From Raillietiella orientalis (Eukaryota), in NCBI GenBank assembly GCA_036172245.1, contig JAYWIR010000029.1, positions 1,922,001-1,986,000 on the forward strand: DNA of 64,000 nucleotides, in the 5' to 3' direction. Positions 39,450 through 53,199 of the stretch are shown one piece after another. Position 1 is the first letter of the stretch; each line of letters starts with the position of its first letter. The translations under genes were made by a program, and so were the position numbers. The notes beneath the pieces were generated by a model. It saw only the letters and a list, made by a program, of their open reading frames with translations. It was not told the DNA's origin and ran no database searches.

Positions 39450-41950
39450 CGTTGGAAACGCGATGCAAACCTGGCAACAATGAAACGCGTAAAAAGCATT
39501 CTATCGTTGTGCCACGAGACTTTTGAGCGTCATTTCGGGACCAAGTGTAAATCTTTTTCGGGAATATTTCAAAACGATGACGGCAAAAGAGAGCATTCCT
39601 GAAGTGCCGGCACTCTCCCTATCGAGTTACCGGCTCAGTCCTTCGGAGAATCAAATGCAAGTGCGTTTGGTGTTTTTCTCGAATCGAACATGGGAAACGT
39701 TTAATGTTCAGACGTTCTCACGAACGTCCTGACACTGAATCCCGGCACTTCCAGTTGGAATCTTCCGCGAAAGGCTCTATTCCCAAGCAATTGGAAAGAG
39801 CCGCGTCGGTCCTGGAAAAGGAAGTGTTGACTGTTTGGTTGATCACGGGAAGACGGGAAGAGCGGAAAGCACAAGATGCAGCGTTTCAGACGACGGGCGC
39901 GCTCCTGGGAAGCTGAAAGCGAGCCAGCGAATCCACGTAGAGATGCCAATGGAGGGACCATAAAAAAGTGGGGAGGGGGAAGAGCTGTCGCGCCGAAAGG
40001 CTTGCTCCACTGCTTTACATCCGCGATTATGTGGTCCTACTGCTTGCTCTGTGAACAGATGGCTTTGTCTAGGGCTGACGCCACTGCTGGCTCCTCTTTG
40101 GGGACTGGTCCAAGACCCCGTAAAGGTGGATTCAGAGGAAGCGCGCAAGAGGAACCCTCTTTCGGTCGGGCGTCCTAGAACACCCTCCCGACCGAAGTAC
40201 AGCGGGAGAAAAGAAACTCCTGAAATCGGGAAAAGGAAGGGACGCGTCGCGAAGGCATCCGAAGGGAAGAGGACCATTTTCCCTCTCGGATGAAACGCTC
40301 CGCTACGGGGCAGATCAGTCGTCCGTGCTGCCACGGAGGCAGCGGATGAACGCGAACGAGCCCTCCAGGGAGAGCAGACCGAGGAGAAAGCATTTCCCCG
40401 TCTCCTGCTGATCGGCGTCTGTCCCCGCCGCTGTGGCTGTCGCTTTTTCGGGACGGCCCACCACGCTCTTCCTGCCTATCAGGTCGGACCCGAAGGCGCT
40501 GCCGGAGGAAGGATGGCACGAGAGAAGCACCTTCCCGGGCATCTTCCATCTGGCTGTAAGGGGGCAGGAAATCCTGCCTCCTCGGCATCGAGCCGATGTC
40601 AAAGGAACGAGCGAGCAACCCTCTCGTTCCTCTCCCTTACCCCACCCCATCCCGGTCCCTTTCCCGTTCTATGTTTTCGTTTCTGTCCTCCTCCTTGGAA
40701 ATCTGCGAAGCATCTCCTTCTGGTCCGGAGGGGGGGGGGGCCAAGACACGGAGAACGATGGTGTCCTATTCGGTCCCAGCGCCAGAGCCAACCGGCCGTT
40801 TCCCGCCTCATCACTTCCGCCCTCTTCAGGAAGCGGCGGCAGCGGTAGGAGTGCTTGGGGCAGCCAATTTCCTCCCTCCCTCATCCCACCCCCTCGCATA
40901 CTCTGCCTCGTCACCCACAGGATCTCCCCTACCCTTCTCTCTCTGCAGAGACCTAACTTGAACTGACCTCCTTCGACCCAGCTTCCTTGACCGCCCGCTC
41001 TAGAGGGCTCTTCGGTTCCGGCACGCGTTGTGGTCCTTGTGCCAGCACCCCGTTCCTCCGGGGGCTGCTTCCTTCTCCTCCCCCTCCTTCTCCCCCTCAG
41101 CCTTCGCACCCGTGGTGTCCTGGCCTTCCCAACCGCCACCGCCGGAGGCGATACGCGGGAAGTCCGAAGCGAAGAGGGCCCGGCTGCTTCTGCCCTCGCC
41201 CCCTTTCCCTATCCGCCCGAATCCACGAACCAAACAGAACAAACAGTGCCCTTTCCTCCAGATCCGGGCCGGACCTGGGTCCGCAGCCTGGATCTGGAGG
41301 CAGCGGAGCCCTGGGGTCAGAACCGCCGGCAGGAGCTAGGGAGGGGCGCTCTCTGGAGGAGGGAGAGCAGCCGGGACGAGGGCAATCGCCGACCCGATCA
41401 GGAAGAGCGCTCACCTCCCTCCTGTGCCCGGGCGTCTGTTCGCTTCCGTCTCCCAAGAAACGCCCGAACCGCACGTGCACAAAGCAAACGAAGATGCCTC
41501 TGTCCCCCTTGAGCAGACAGGGAAGGGAGCAGAGGATAGGGGTCCGACCTCTCTGCTCCCCCCTCCACATTCAGCAGCTGAAGGGAGGGGCCCGGGAGGC
41601 AAAATAAAGAGGGGGGTAAGGAGAAGGGGAAAAAATGAGTAGCGCGGGAGCACTTCTAAAAATAGCATCTTCCTTCCTTCTCCTCCATCCTCGTGGGGAA
41701 GGGGGGGTAGGGGAACTGCGTGCCCCATCCCCCCCGTCCCCGATCTCGTGCTGAGCAGACGCGGGAGGAAACGCAAGCGGAAGATTTCCGGTCCACGTTG
41801 CTCCGTCCGGCAGGCGCTCTGCCCGAGTCTCGTGCGCTTGCGCGGACACTCGCGCCTGGGTGGTGCGCGACGGGCAGGCACGAGCGCACTCGTCCGCCGG
41901 AGCCCTCACCACTCTCGGGTCGTCCCCGCCCCCATTCCCCACCACCACCC
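39450..41950 (-). pseudogene. Decayed COesterase unit (GC-rich, possibly with an internal duplication)
   Basis: LRFLP, KMLFLEVLP (ORF 41411-41881), GDRGIFVCFVHVRFGRFLGDGSEQTPGH..GGSDP (41097-41570), DFLP (~40570) and again GVSFLP (~40220), QLLGNRAF, MFDSR. Confidence 0.7.
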
Positions 41951-41999
41951 TCGTCCCGATGGGAAGAGGGCTCCGGGATTGCCTGCTATCCTTGGGGGC

Positions 42000-43350
42000 G
42001 GCGGCGGAGGCGTGCGCTTGCCCCCCTTCTCAGGAGGAGAAGGGACGCTCGCTTCCACCGACGACGTTCGAACGCGAGCAGCGCGGGGCGTCCGGGGAAA
42101 CCGGCCGACCGCCTCGCCGCAGCCCGCTAACACTGCTAACGCCAGGGCTGCGGGTCCACGGCGCGAGCGTCGGCTAATCCCTCCCCCCTCCTTTTCTTCC
42201 CCCTCGGAGGGGGGGAAAGGGGTGAGTGCCTCGAGGTCCCGTCTCCTGGAATCTCCGTCCCCGGAACCACACCAGTCCGCTCCGGTTTGCCACCTGTGCG
42301 AGAGAGCTCAGCTCGCATCTCCCCGCATGGACACAGCACGCACGCGACGCGCACATGCGGGTCTGTCGCGCGCACGTGCGCGTGGCATCAGCACGCCGCG
42401 TGCGCGCAGCGGGCATGAGTGCATCGCGTCCGGCACGCAGCGATGCGCACGTGCGCACTCGCTGCTGCGTCCACGTGTGGGGTGCGTGTGCGCGTACTTC
42501 GTACAAATATGGACATGTACGTTTACACATGCTAACAAGCATGCCTCCAAATAAACCACTAACGCATGCGCAGCAGCAAATTTCAAAAAGTTTCATGGTA
42601 TTTTGTTTTCACATTTCTACTTATAAAAAAAAAATAAAAAAAAAATCAATTTCTACAAAGATGGCTATTAGATTCTATTACGTAATATCCGTTTCTCTTT
42701 AATTTATCATCAGTTTTTACTTTGATTTGTCACCTGATATTTAACATAATAATTACGGTAGCGCCATAGAAACTTTCCGAAGAAAATGCCTTCGTTGTCA
42801 TGACGTCCGAAATGCTTCGGTTACGAAAAAATAACGGATCACGCAGCAAGGCGCGCTGGAACGAGGCAGCGAAATTGAAAGGTAGGGAAGTTTTCGTTTG
42901 TACACTCGTATACTTGTACGCACTACTATCATATGGTACACTTATATGCTAAGGGATGTGCGTACATGCGAACAGCAAGTGCGAACCCACGCGTACGCAC
43001 TTGCTGCTACACGCGCACCTTGTGCTGCGAATGCACGTGTGTACATCCTTTCCGGAGGCTTCTGTACGGAGGCGGCTGCACTCCGCGGTGTACACACGCA
43101 CACCATGGGTGCGCGCGCGCGCCGGCGGCAGCGGGAGGCGTTCCCGGGAACGGGGCCGAGAGCCGCCACGGTGCGCAACGAACCCCCCAGTGCGGCGGGC
43201 GACGTGCGAAGCAGCAGCGGAGTTTAAGTGGAGCGCATGCGCAGAGCCGCACGCCTGCCTGCGTCCACCTGCGCCGCGGCCTTGCTTACGCGGTCGTGCG
43301 GCACGCGGTCCGCGGAGGCACCGCAAGCAGAGTCCCGTGTCTCGAAGTAG
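42000..43350 (-). pseudogene. Decayed COesterase unit (compressed, N-terminus not seen)
   Basis: AALGPVPGNA..RSAAASVQ..MYTRAFAAQG (ORF 42942-43178), FPTF..HFGRHDNEGIFF (~42815-42783), SGLFGGML..YLYEVRAH (ORF 42174-42596). Confidence 0.7.
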
Positions 43351-43399
43351 GGGAGGGGGGGAAGTGAAAAACGAGGTTGGTTTCGGGTCAGGGGACGCC

Positions 43400-45390
43400 C
43401 TTCCTTTGGTTCCGCAGAGCGCCGGAGGCTCTCGGCGAGCTACGCGCGATGATGATGGCGCACCGGTAGGGCGTGTCCCTCCCCCTCCTCTTCTGGGGCT
43501 CGGATGATCTTCCCTCCCTCGCCCCCCTTTCCCCACTCCCGGGCACGGCTCGCGCCCCTCCCCGGAGCGGCTGCCAAGTCCTCCCGACGCGCGCGCCTGG
43601 CACGGCACGTGCCGGGTGGAGGGGAAGGCGTGCTGCTAGATAAACAGAGCCGTCCCGAACGCTTTCGGCGGGACCTCGGAAACGGCTCCTGCCAAGACAA
43701 GCAGCCCGGCAGGGGAGCGGCACGGGAAGCGCCCCCGTCTGCCCCAGGAGGTGGCCTCCCTCCTCGCGCGTGCGCGCGCTCCCCCCGAAGTAGCAGCCCG
43801 CCTGCCCTTTTCCCGCCTCCCCCTCGGGATGGGGGGGGGAGCGAAGAAACAACAACGTGCGGGAGGAAAGGGGAACGTCTCCTGCTTTCCTTGGAAGGGA
43901 CGGGATGCGAGAGCTGCGAGCTGGCGGACTTCCCATCCCCACCCCCTTGAGCTCCTCCCACACACTTCCCGGGGAAGGAGGCTCTCGGGGGGAGGAGGGG
44001 GGTAAACACAGCGTGTGCCCGAAAGGAGCAGACCGTCCTGTCTCTGCCCGTCAGGCCAGCCGTGGGAAGACCGCCCGGAGGCGTTTCTGTCCTGCGAGAG
44101 CGTCCCACCGGCGTGGAAGATGTCTCGGGGGAGGGGCCTCTTGCGGCTGATGACGCCAGCGCCCGGGATGCGGAAAGTGGAGCTCGCCGCGCGGCAACCA
44201 TCTCGTCGCTGAGGAGCTGCCGCACCCAAGGCCAAGGAGCTCGCGGAGGGAAACCGAAAGCCACGGAGCGCGAGGGCTATTTATAGCTCAGGAGGAGCCG
44301 CCATGCCGAGGCTGGGAGCGCCGCCCCCATTTCACCCTATCCCACCTTCGGCGGCAGGGAAACGCACCCTCCGTTCCCCGCAATCATCCGCCTGGCGAAA
44401 ACGCAGGAAACCGATCCTCTTGCACCCCCGGGAGGATCTCCCCTCAGCCTCTCCTCCTCCCCTTCGCTCTCCCTCCCCGTGCGGCTTTCGACATCAGCGG
44501 CTCGCCTCCCCCTCCGGAGGCGCCGGAAAGAGACGGTGGACTTGCAAGGGCGGATACGACCCTTCCCCTGGGGGGAGGGGAAAGGGAGTCTGCGTACCAC
44601 CAGTACTCTGGGACAGCGGTGGTACGGAAGCAGGGAGGGGAGGCAATTGCCTCTTCCGCCTCTCATACTAGGTAGGAACCCCTGGCTGTTCCTCGGTGTT
44701 GTGGCAGCTGCCTCTCCGCGCAGGGCAGAGTTTCTCCCTCCTTCCAGAACGTTCTGCAGCGCGCCCACTTCCATTTGCTGCACGCGGACGTGGTTGTACT
44801 CAGAGACGGGACATGCCACGGAGCTCGGTCCTCTCACGTGACCGCGCCTTGGCCTCCTCGCTCGAGAGAGCCGGCTCCGGGCCGGCACTCGGGAACTCTG
44901 GCGCTCCGCTGCTTACCGGGACTCCAAGGAGTGCTGCCTCGAGAGTGGGAGGAAAATTGGGGAGAGCTCCTCCCCACATGGCCTTCGCTGTACCCTCCTT
45001 ACTGTAAATAAATCGGTTCTTATTAGCTTGACATCTTGGTACGTCCCCCATCTGGTGGCCAGTATATTAAACTACTTTTTGGAAGTGGACGGGGTGCTTG
45101 GCGCTTGCTCTTCTCCTGTCGCGGGTATCGCAGTACCTCCGGGATCTACCCGCCACTCCCACCCTATCCACGCGAGCTCACACTTGAGCGTGCTCATCCT
45201 TGCTCGCGCGAGAGCCCGTCGGCACGAAAAGCTGCGTGAAGCTTCCAGATGGAAAGGTGACCCCGCACAGTCGCGTGCTGCCCGCCTGCGTGCAGGCGGA
45301 GAGGCGAATGTGGGCCTACGTACGAGGACCGTAAGAAGAGCGCCAACTAAGGCGCCGTTCTGTGTTCTCGCTCCTTCCCGCGGGAAGAGG
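43400..45390 (-). pseudogene. Decayed COesterase unit
   Basis: RTQNGALVGALLTVL (ORF 45072-45560), PIYLQ*GGY (~45005), QNVLEGG..LRGEAAA (~44717), FGFPP, LLGQ..DGSVYL. Confidence 0.65.
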
Positions 45391-45539
45391 CTCCAAATCC
45401 GCGCTCGTGTCGCCATGGGACGGAGCACCGGGGAGACGGGGGAAAGGGAAACCTTACAGGAGCTTCGAGAAGCAGGCGAGCGATCCTGGGCATGGAGGAA
45501 ACGGGTCTGCTGTTTGGAGGAATCCCTGGAGGATCTCCG

Positions 45540-46650
45540 GAGCTTCCAAAAGAAGTTCATTTAGCGTTCTCTTGAGAAGAGAGCTGGCGAAATGGAATTT
45601 CGGGAAGAGAGGGAGCGCAGCCGGTGGGTTTCATGCCCAGGAGGCCGATCAACGGGGCTGTGGACGATAACAGCCCCAGCGCCAATCGGGGGAGCAATCC
45701 TGAAGTTCCTTTACGGCTTGCGCAAACGCTGGGAAATCACACCTTTCTTTGATTATGAAACAGAAATCCAGATCGATCTCACGCCCGGTTGTTTCGTGCT
45801 GGGAAGGGAGCAGCTCAGGGCGAGACCAGGTCACACGAAAATTTGAAGGGCGAGAACCAGCTGCAAGCGGCGAACAGGCTGGCGAAAGAAAGGGAAAACT
45901 CAAACCGTTGAAGTAGTAGTGCTTGGATCTCAAAACAAAAAACACATACACACACATTCTTGGCCGTCTTGAAGAAAACACGGTGGCACAGTCGAAGATG
46001 GCTATTGAATGAATGGATTAACGGACGGGAGACCATCAGAGGCAGCTCTCCCTAGACGACCAGCCATTTCTCCAGCATCCGTCCGCAAAGAAAGTTCGCG
46101 TATTTTGACCGTGTACTTCCACCGTTTCTCAATTTACCAAGGAAGAGCTCACGAACAATCGGATCACCACGAAGGCAAGCGATCAATGAAAGGGTTGCCC
46201 TCCCTCAGCATGGGATGAAGACAGGGAAGCCAATTGCCTCCAGAATCGCACGGCCAGAATTTCACAGGGCACTTGGTGGAAGTAGGAATGGTGAGGGTGG
46301 AATGAAATTTGCACATCGTCAAGGAGATCACGTAACAAGGGCCCCCCTAGAGCCATTCCCGTGCATTGGAGTTTTGCATGGGACCATCTACAAGCTGGCA
46401 TGAAAAGTTTTGCAAGACCGTAGTTCATTTTCAGTGTTCAGTGTATTCGGCTTTTTTATGCATCTCTGAATTTGCCGGATCCAAGAAGAGCAAAAGAAGA
46501 TATGACCATCACAATGAAAAGATGCCATTGCTAGTTTCAGCAAAGAAAATAAAAGAGGAAAAATATATGTATGTTATTCTGATAAACATGAAACCCTTTT
46601 CTTGAGAATGGCGTTGCTTCCTTCCTCTCTGACGTCCGCCGCTATATTCA
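45540..46650 (-). pseudogene. Decayed COesterase unit, mainly the C-terminal half
   Basis: LFMP..LRDLLDD (ORF 46183-46428), KHYYF..REIDL..AFAQ..WGCY (ORF 45649-45981), NFFW (~45550). Confidence 0.65.
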
Positions 46651-46699
46651 GGTTCTTCGTCACCACAAAGTCTGCTTCAAGAGCTGAAAGATTCTCTGC

Positions 46700-48330
46700 T
46701 TGCTCCCCATCCATTTTGCTAGAGCTGTTTTTCAATTGGTGATCCTTGTTTGTGCAGAGACCAGCCTGACAGCACGTTGCTGCTGCTCATTTTGAAGAAG
46801 GAAGTAAATCATCTGCGGAGATGGGATGGAATAGCGTATCGTCACCTGCGTTACTCGCTTTCTCCCACCCTTTCATCTCTTCGTTCTTCTTCCTCATTCA
46901 TTCCTGCTGCTTACACGCTTACACGTGTAGTTTGGAGGAATACATCAGCGCATGAGCGGTAGGAAAGTCTGTCTTCATCAATCAGCATTTGTGATGTGAT
47001 CATGTTTTCCCCCCTTCTGGAACGTTCTGCAGGTTGGAGAGCCATAGTCTTTTTCTCAAGTGGAAAGTTCCTGACTGATGCTTCATTTTATCCGGTCGTA
47101 CCTTGCTCTCTCTATTCCCACCTACGGTACCTTCACGAAGATGATACGACGAATTTCTATCAGAAGATTGCCGACCAATAGCACCAGTCCGTGCGATGTA
47201 CGGACTGTCACCATTTCCACCTTCTTACAGATCCCTGGCTATTCGAGTTCTCTCAGGGATGGTGCGTTGCTGCTCTTAAGTCAAGTAGCTCAGATCACTC
47301 GAAGATTCTGGAGGACTGAACCCGCTCTGAGGAGCCGGTGACGGAGACGGTGGAGGGAAGAAGGGATAACGCTCATCATCACGTTCTCCTGGCCTTTACT
47401 TCTTTACTCTGGCAGGATGCTACTGACGTTAATCACGTGATGAAACGTGAGCTTTGCCCGTCTCGAGAACACTACATCTTCCCCCTCATTTTAACCGGAT
47501 ACTCTTGCTGACTTGCACGCACATGCTCCCCATATTGCGCGCTGGAGTGTTTGCAACTTGTGCTCCAGCGAAGACTCTGGCAAGATTGGCTACTGTGTAT
47601 TTCCAACATCTCTTTCCCTTTGAAGATGTACGCCTATCCTAGAGTTTCCTGGTTGCTGCCTCTCAGTGTCCATGGAAAACCTCCACCGGCTGGACAAGAG
47701 AATTCTGTTTTTGCTTTTTCTTTCCCACGTGAAGAATCTCTCTGCTGACGAGATTATTTGGAAAATCACATCCGTGATTACCGCGCTTCCCCCCCGTAGA
47801 CGTATTTTTCTCAAAACGGGTGCTGAACTAGTACATCTCGGCATCGGAAGACCTCTCTATAACACTATCAGCTGCAGCAGCAGTCGAAGAGAAATGAGAC
47901 TGTCTCGAGGCATGGGAAGATCCGCTGCTGGGACACTGCAGCCGATTATGCAGGAAAGAAACTCAAGAGGACTGAAGGGACGAAACAGAGCTCTGGACGA
48001 TGTCTTTTATAGGACATTTGCTGTGTCGGCGAGAGCGTCTCTTGAAAAAAAAGATTGCGCGGCAGATGGAATAGCGACGGAGAGATCACAGGGATGCTCG
48101 TGAGAGCGGACACAAATGGGAAGATATTCTGCCATGGAGATGCTGACTTTACGACCGCAAAATGCTTGTGGTTGCTTTGTAGGAAGGCGTTGTCAAGCAA
48201 TGCTGCTCTCTCGAGTCATCTCAAACAAGTTTCGTAGCTGCGTTCTTCAGGGACAGGAGTCCCACTGTGGCTTTTTCTGCTGCTCCCTGGTTACGATTTT
48301 CAAGGACTGTTGAAGGATTCCTGCGCAGAG
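46700..48330 (-). pseudogene. Decayed COesterase unit
   Basis: KHFAVVKSASPWQNI..QMSYK..LCFVP (ORF 47946-48200), PVLRKIRLRGGS..QPGNSRI (47590-47844), VANLARVFAG..NMGSMCV..VLETG, FTSFFK..GW (~46800). Confidence 0.75.
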
Positions 48331-48399
48331 AGAGCCGGCTCACAGCTGGCGACCGTGTCTTCTGAATCCTTCTTATGCCTCGGCTCCTGTTACGTGTTC

Positions 48400-49900
48400 A
48401 CGAGAAAGAGTGAGCAGAAGCAACGCAATTATCTCTAAGATGCAATGTTTTCCTACTTCAGATGAAGGGCAAATTGGCTGTAGCTCTGGTCCGAGCCCTC
48501 GATTCGTTTTGTTCCCGGATGCACGAATACAGCCTACATTCATTCATTCAGTTAGCTCTTGAAACAAATCATCCTGTTGATGGCCTGTTGTGATACCGAT
48601 GCTTACTCTTCCATTGTTTTTCATCTTCCCTTCGCCGCCCTCCACTCTTCGCCAACACTCTCGCATCACTTACGCGTGGGAAGCATCGAATTTCGCCCAT
48701 GCTCCGTTCCGCTGCACTTTCGGTTTAATTCACGAGATTTTCACCAGATATCGTTGCCTATCTTCCTTTCGATCCCGTCGGAAATCCGAATTGCCATCGC
48801 GTCCGTCTTGAAGCCGTGCAGCTCAGCAGCGACTCTAGCATGCCAGTCAGTTTTTCTCAAACCGAAATTCCAAATTTAGATCGACTCTTTTTTTACGGCT
48901 CCGTTCGAAATCGCGTCACCTTAGCAACGACCGTCGCTGGCATTGTTGATCCTAGTCCATTGCATTGTTGCCTCCAGCGTAGGCCCTTTAATTCCCACAA
49001 GTCTTTATGGCTTTATTTTTGACAGAATTGCAATCCACTTTTAGATTACAGTACTGAGGATTAGTGAGTGACCATCCGTTTGTTCGAGAGTGTGGGGACG
49101 TAGGTTCATTCTCTCTGGAATTCTGATGATTTCAAAGTTGCGACGATTCCAGAGCTCAACTGTAACCGAGAGAACGGTCTGAATATTTGTAACTTTAAAC
49201 TGAGTATCGGAATTTTCTTGGGTGCACGTGTTCAGGGCACACTGCATGCACACATCGCGCATTCGTGTTTGCGACACATTTATGTCTGTCCATGCACTTG
49301 ACGTGCATGCTTAAAAGCACACAGTGCATAATATTGCGGCCAGTCGGCACACATACGTGCGTGTGTCCATCTATGTGAAGATATATCTACCCGTAGATAC
49401 AAGCATGCTTATCCGTGTGTGCCTACCTATTACGCATACGTGCATGTTTTTTCGATTCGGATTATGTACGTGCCACGTACTGTGTACGCGTCGCCTTTTT
49501 TGAGAATTGAAGTTCCCTCTCTCTTTCTTTTTTCCTTGCATCAGGAGGGCGAAGGACACCATGCGGGGCATGCAAACAAAGCATTCTTGGAAAATGAGGG
49601 AATGCCATTCGAAAATAATGACGTCCAAAGACATTCGAAATTGCAGACCGGACTTTACCATTTGTTTTTCCGCGGAAAAATGGTTCACAGAATTCCCGCT
49701 TCCCTCTATGATCGTTACCTTTGCCGCTCTCTCCTCTCGGAAATTACCTAAATTACGAGCTTCTTAAGTCATCAGAGTACCAGAGGCGGAGAGCAGCTAG
49801 AGAAGCGCTCGCGGTAGTCGTGTTACGCATTCTGTAACTTGGCAACTGACTTCTCTCTCTTTTCTTTTGTAAAGCAATCTTCCCTTTGAAGGTTAATGAA
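48400..49900 (-). pseudogene. Decayed COesterase unit (compressed)
   Basis: VTIIEGSG, LDVIIFEW..MPRMVSF (ORF 49371-49688), VELWNRRNF (49041-49277), SGTEHG (~48700), ITTGH (~48590). Confidence 0.55.
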
Positions 49901-49910
49901 GATCTTGAAA

Positions 49911-49945
<35 letters not shown>

Positions 49946-49999
49946 GCACACACATACGCGTCCAAGGAAAGAGAAGGCAAAACAAGGAAGGAAGGAAGA

Positions 50000-52040
50000 G
50001 ACTTTTGTTTTAACGTAGCTACCCAGCCCCATCAGCTCATTTTATCATTAGTGACAAACCCGGACTCCAGTGCCAATGCGTTCCTCTTCGCTCCGTTCCT
50101 AAATAAAAGGTCTTTGCGAATGAGATTTTCGGGAGCACTGTTTACACCTTCCGTATCGAGGAGGGGACACAGCGAAAGGAGATAAACGCATGAACGGGAA
50201 AGCGGGAGTTGGCGTTTGACAAATGGTCCGAGTGCTCCGTGCCGTCCGGAGGCTGTTCTCTTTTCCTTAGTGGAACGCAATTCCTCCTCGTTCGCTGATT
50301 TCCTGTACCAGCGAAGCGCAACCACCCTCGGGAGGGGAAAGTTGGAAGGGAGGGGGGACGGAAAGGAAGAGAGGAGAACGTCCCGGATCCTTGAGAGATG
50401 AGGTGGTCCGTCAGCGCCCTCTTGCGAGCCCTCTCTTGTAGAAGCGTGCCATCATCAACCGGTCTTACCTCCGCTCGCGGAGGCCGGTTCGCAAACACCG
50501 AAGAGGCCCTCGGAGCGCCCGGCACGCGGTGCAGACGGCCGAAGCGAGCCTTTTCAGAACGGCTTCCTCGGCCGGAGCCAGGACTGCTGGGCAACGGCGA
50601 ATTATCGGCGCCAAACAGGGAGATCCGCTTCGCACCATGCCCGCGCAGCCCCGTCTACTGTGGGAACGGGAGGGGATCCTGGCGATCGCCCTCCTTCCAC
50701 TTCTTCCCTGTTGCTCCTGTCGTTCCCCAAACCTTCCGGAAGCGGCGGTCTCGTCAGGAGTTCGTCTTCCACGGAAGGAGGCACGCGAACGCTGCCAACG
50801 GCGGCTCCGTCGCTCGCGGGAGCTCCGCAAAGGCGGCGGCGTGCATCGAGGGCCTCCCCCCCTCCCTCCCGCGGTCAGCGATACGTTCGGGTGGGGGTAG
50901 ATTCTCGATCCTTCCTTCCTCCTTTCCCTCCCCTCCCCGCTCGCGCTCTTTCGCGGAGGCCGCTCGGAACCCACTTCCGGGGATCTCCGAGCGATCGTCC
51001 CGCCGCGCCTCCGCTAGGAGGCGGAGCGATCGCTGCTGCTCTCGGCCGGCGGCGGCGGGCAGCGGGTCCGGAAGGAGGGGGAGGAGGCAGAGCAAAGGCG
51101 CCGCCGAAAAACGGAGGGGCGAGGATGCGCGGATGGCCGTTTGGCGCCTAGGGCTCCCCTTTTTCCCTTCCCCCATGCCGCGTCACGAGGGGAGAGATGG
51201 AAGGGAGGGCTGGCTTTCCCGCATCCTTTTCGTCGCCTCCCCCTACGTCCAACTCAGAGGGGAGCAGGCGCTCCATGACCATCCCGAAGGTTGGTTTTAC
51301 CGCGGGGGTTTGGTCTTTCCTTCCGAGGGCGCCCGAGGGAGGGGGAGGGAGAGGGTAGTGCGCTTCCAGTCTCCCTTCCCCCTCTCCCTTCCGCTCATTC
51401 CTCCAGCTCCGGCTTGCCGGAAGTTCTCTCAGCCCGGAATCTCCAGCGGGAGCTGAAGGGAGGATGCGAGCGACCGTTTCCCAGCTCTCCTGGCACGTCC
51501 CCCCTTCCTTCCGGAGGGATTCCGGCCGGACGCTCCTCAAGGACGTGAAGGGGTCGAGAACGCATTTACGCGCGCATGTTCGCTCCCCTTTCCCGGGGTG
51601 CTCCTCCCTTTCGGCGACCTCACCGGAAGGCGCACTGAGTGATGGCTTGTCCCGAAGAAGGCAAAGAGCGTGCGCGCGCCCTGCACGGCGAAATGATGGC
51701 CTCAGGGAGTCACCGCACGCCGGTCGCTAGGCAACTAGAGGAGGGATGGAGACTGGGCCCTTCCCTGAAAACCGCCCCCGGCTCGTCGCTGGAGGCCGCT
51801 GCGGGGGACTTCCCCCCGGGGTGGAGTCGTGCGCACCGGCAACGCGGGCTGGTCTGCAAGCTCGCCGCCGAGGGCGCCACCTAGACCCGGCTGCTTCCGG
51901 AAAGAAAGGTTTAAGGTTTCCAGTGGGGGGGGACGCCGGCCAGGCAGGCAGAGCGACGACAATGGTGCCGACTTTGATTCTCACGGTTCGGGAGGAACCG
52001 GGGGTTCCATAAGTATTGTTGCCGACCGCCGCTGACAGGA
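50000..52040 (-). pseudogene. Decayed COesterase unit
   Basis: NTYG..IVVALPAWPASPPTGNLKPFFPE (52014-51895), PAGDSGLRE..SW (ORF 51148-51540), EKRTAS..PFVKRQLP (50032-50325). Confidence 0.7.
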
Positions 52041-52049
52041 AGCGTGACT

Positions 52050-53180
52050 TCCCGGAACGGCTCTTTGCGCGCGCGTCCAGGCCGGAGGAGACGGTGGATG
52101 CCGGTCCCTGGGCGCGGGGAGAGCTGATGGGGCGCACCAACGGCTTGCCGTGATCAGGCGCTCTGCAGCCCCTTTTCCTCGTCGCGCCCTCCTGTGATTC
52201 CTGCAGGAGGTCGGACCTGTCGCGCGAGGGGAGACCGATGGGGAAGGGGGGCACGAAAGCCTCGCAGAGACCTTCCCGGAGACTCCTGGGTCTTCAGGTC
52301 GTTTCAAGTCTCCTCGTCCGTGCGGCCGTCGCTGCGGCGGCTGCGCCGAGGGGTCAGCGCCACGAGTGGCCGGGGCCTCCGGCGACTGATCCCCGGGACG
52401 TTCGCGAACCGGGCAACGGGGGCCGGAATGGGTTGCTGGGGAGACGGAGGGGGAGGTCAGCTGCCTCCTGGTCTGCCCTGCAGGCTGCAACGCTTCCAGG
52501 GTAGGAAACCGGGCACGCCTCTTGTTTCCCTGGAAGCCACCGCCGACGGGACGCTGCGCGCGCCTCGACTCAGAGGAGCACGCACGCGCGTCCAGAATTC
52601 CCCCGCGGGACAGGGATGACGAGTGGAGAGGGACGCGTGCCAGTCCCGCAAGAAAGGGAAGGTGGAGGCGGGAGGAATCGGAGGTTCGTGGTCCCGAGGC
52701 GCTCCAGGCGGACTCAGCTCCGCGGGGACGCGCCTGGACCGCGGAAGCGGCGTTCCTGAAAGGAGTGTTTTGAGGCATGGATTTATCATCCGGTCACATC
52801 GGGGCGTTTATTATAAAGAAATAAAATAAACATACGTGTATAGGGCCATCGGCCCTGCATCGTCCGAAAATGCTCGGCACCTGCCGAGTGACCGGCGGAG
52901 AGAAAGACAGAGCCCGCGTCGGAGGCTTTGTGGTTAAGGCTTCCGCGCGTGGCACCTTGCGCCGCGGGTTCGAATACCTCGGCAGATAACTGACGCCACT
53001 GCGTCGTTGGGTTCCGAGTTTCTCCTGCAATGGCGCTGGTTGGCTGAGACATGAGGCATGGCACCGGCGGTGGTTTAAGCTGGAGGCCCCCGATGAAGGC
53101 CGGAACAATGGGAGTCGACCTTCGGGTCCATCCAGGAATCAAGGAGTAGAGAGTTCCCCCTCCGGTCGAACAACGGAGAG
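52050..53180 (-). pseudogene. Decayed COesterase unit, truncated
   Basis: VPAFIGGLQLKPP..GETRNPT (ORF 52786-53220) and SRLHLPFL..GGILDAR..PVGG (51981-52778). Confidence 0.6.
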
Positions 53181-53199
53181 TGGACCCCCCACATCGGGG

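Noticed and set aside
52925..52985. tRNA or tRNA-derived SINE head (TGGTTAAGGC ... GGTTCGAATAC)
   Set aside because: No convincing acceptor stem or cloverleaf, no second copy or tail seen, and it lies within an esterase unit on the other strand. tRNAscan-SE would settle it.
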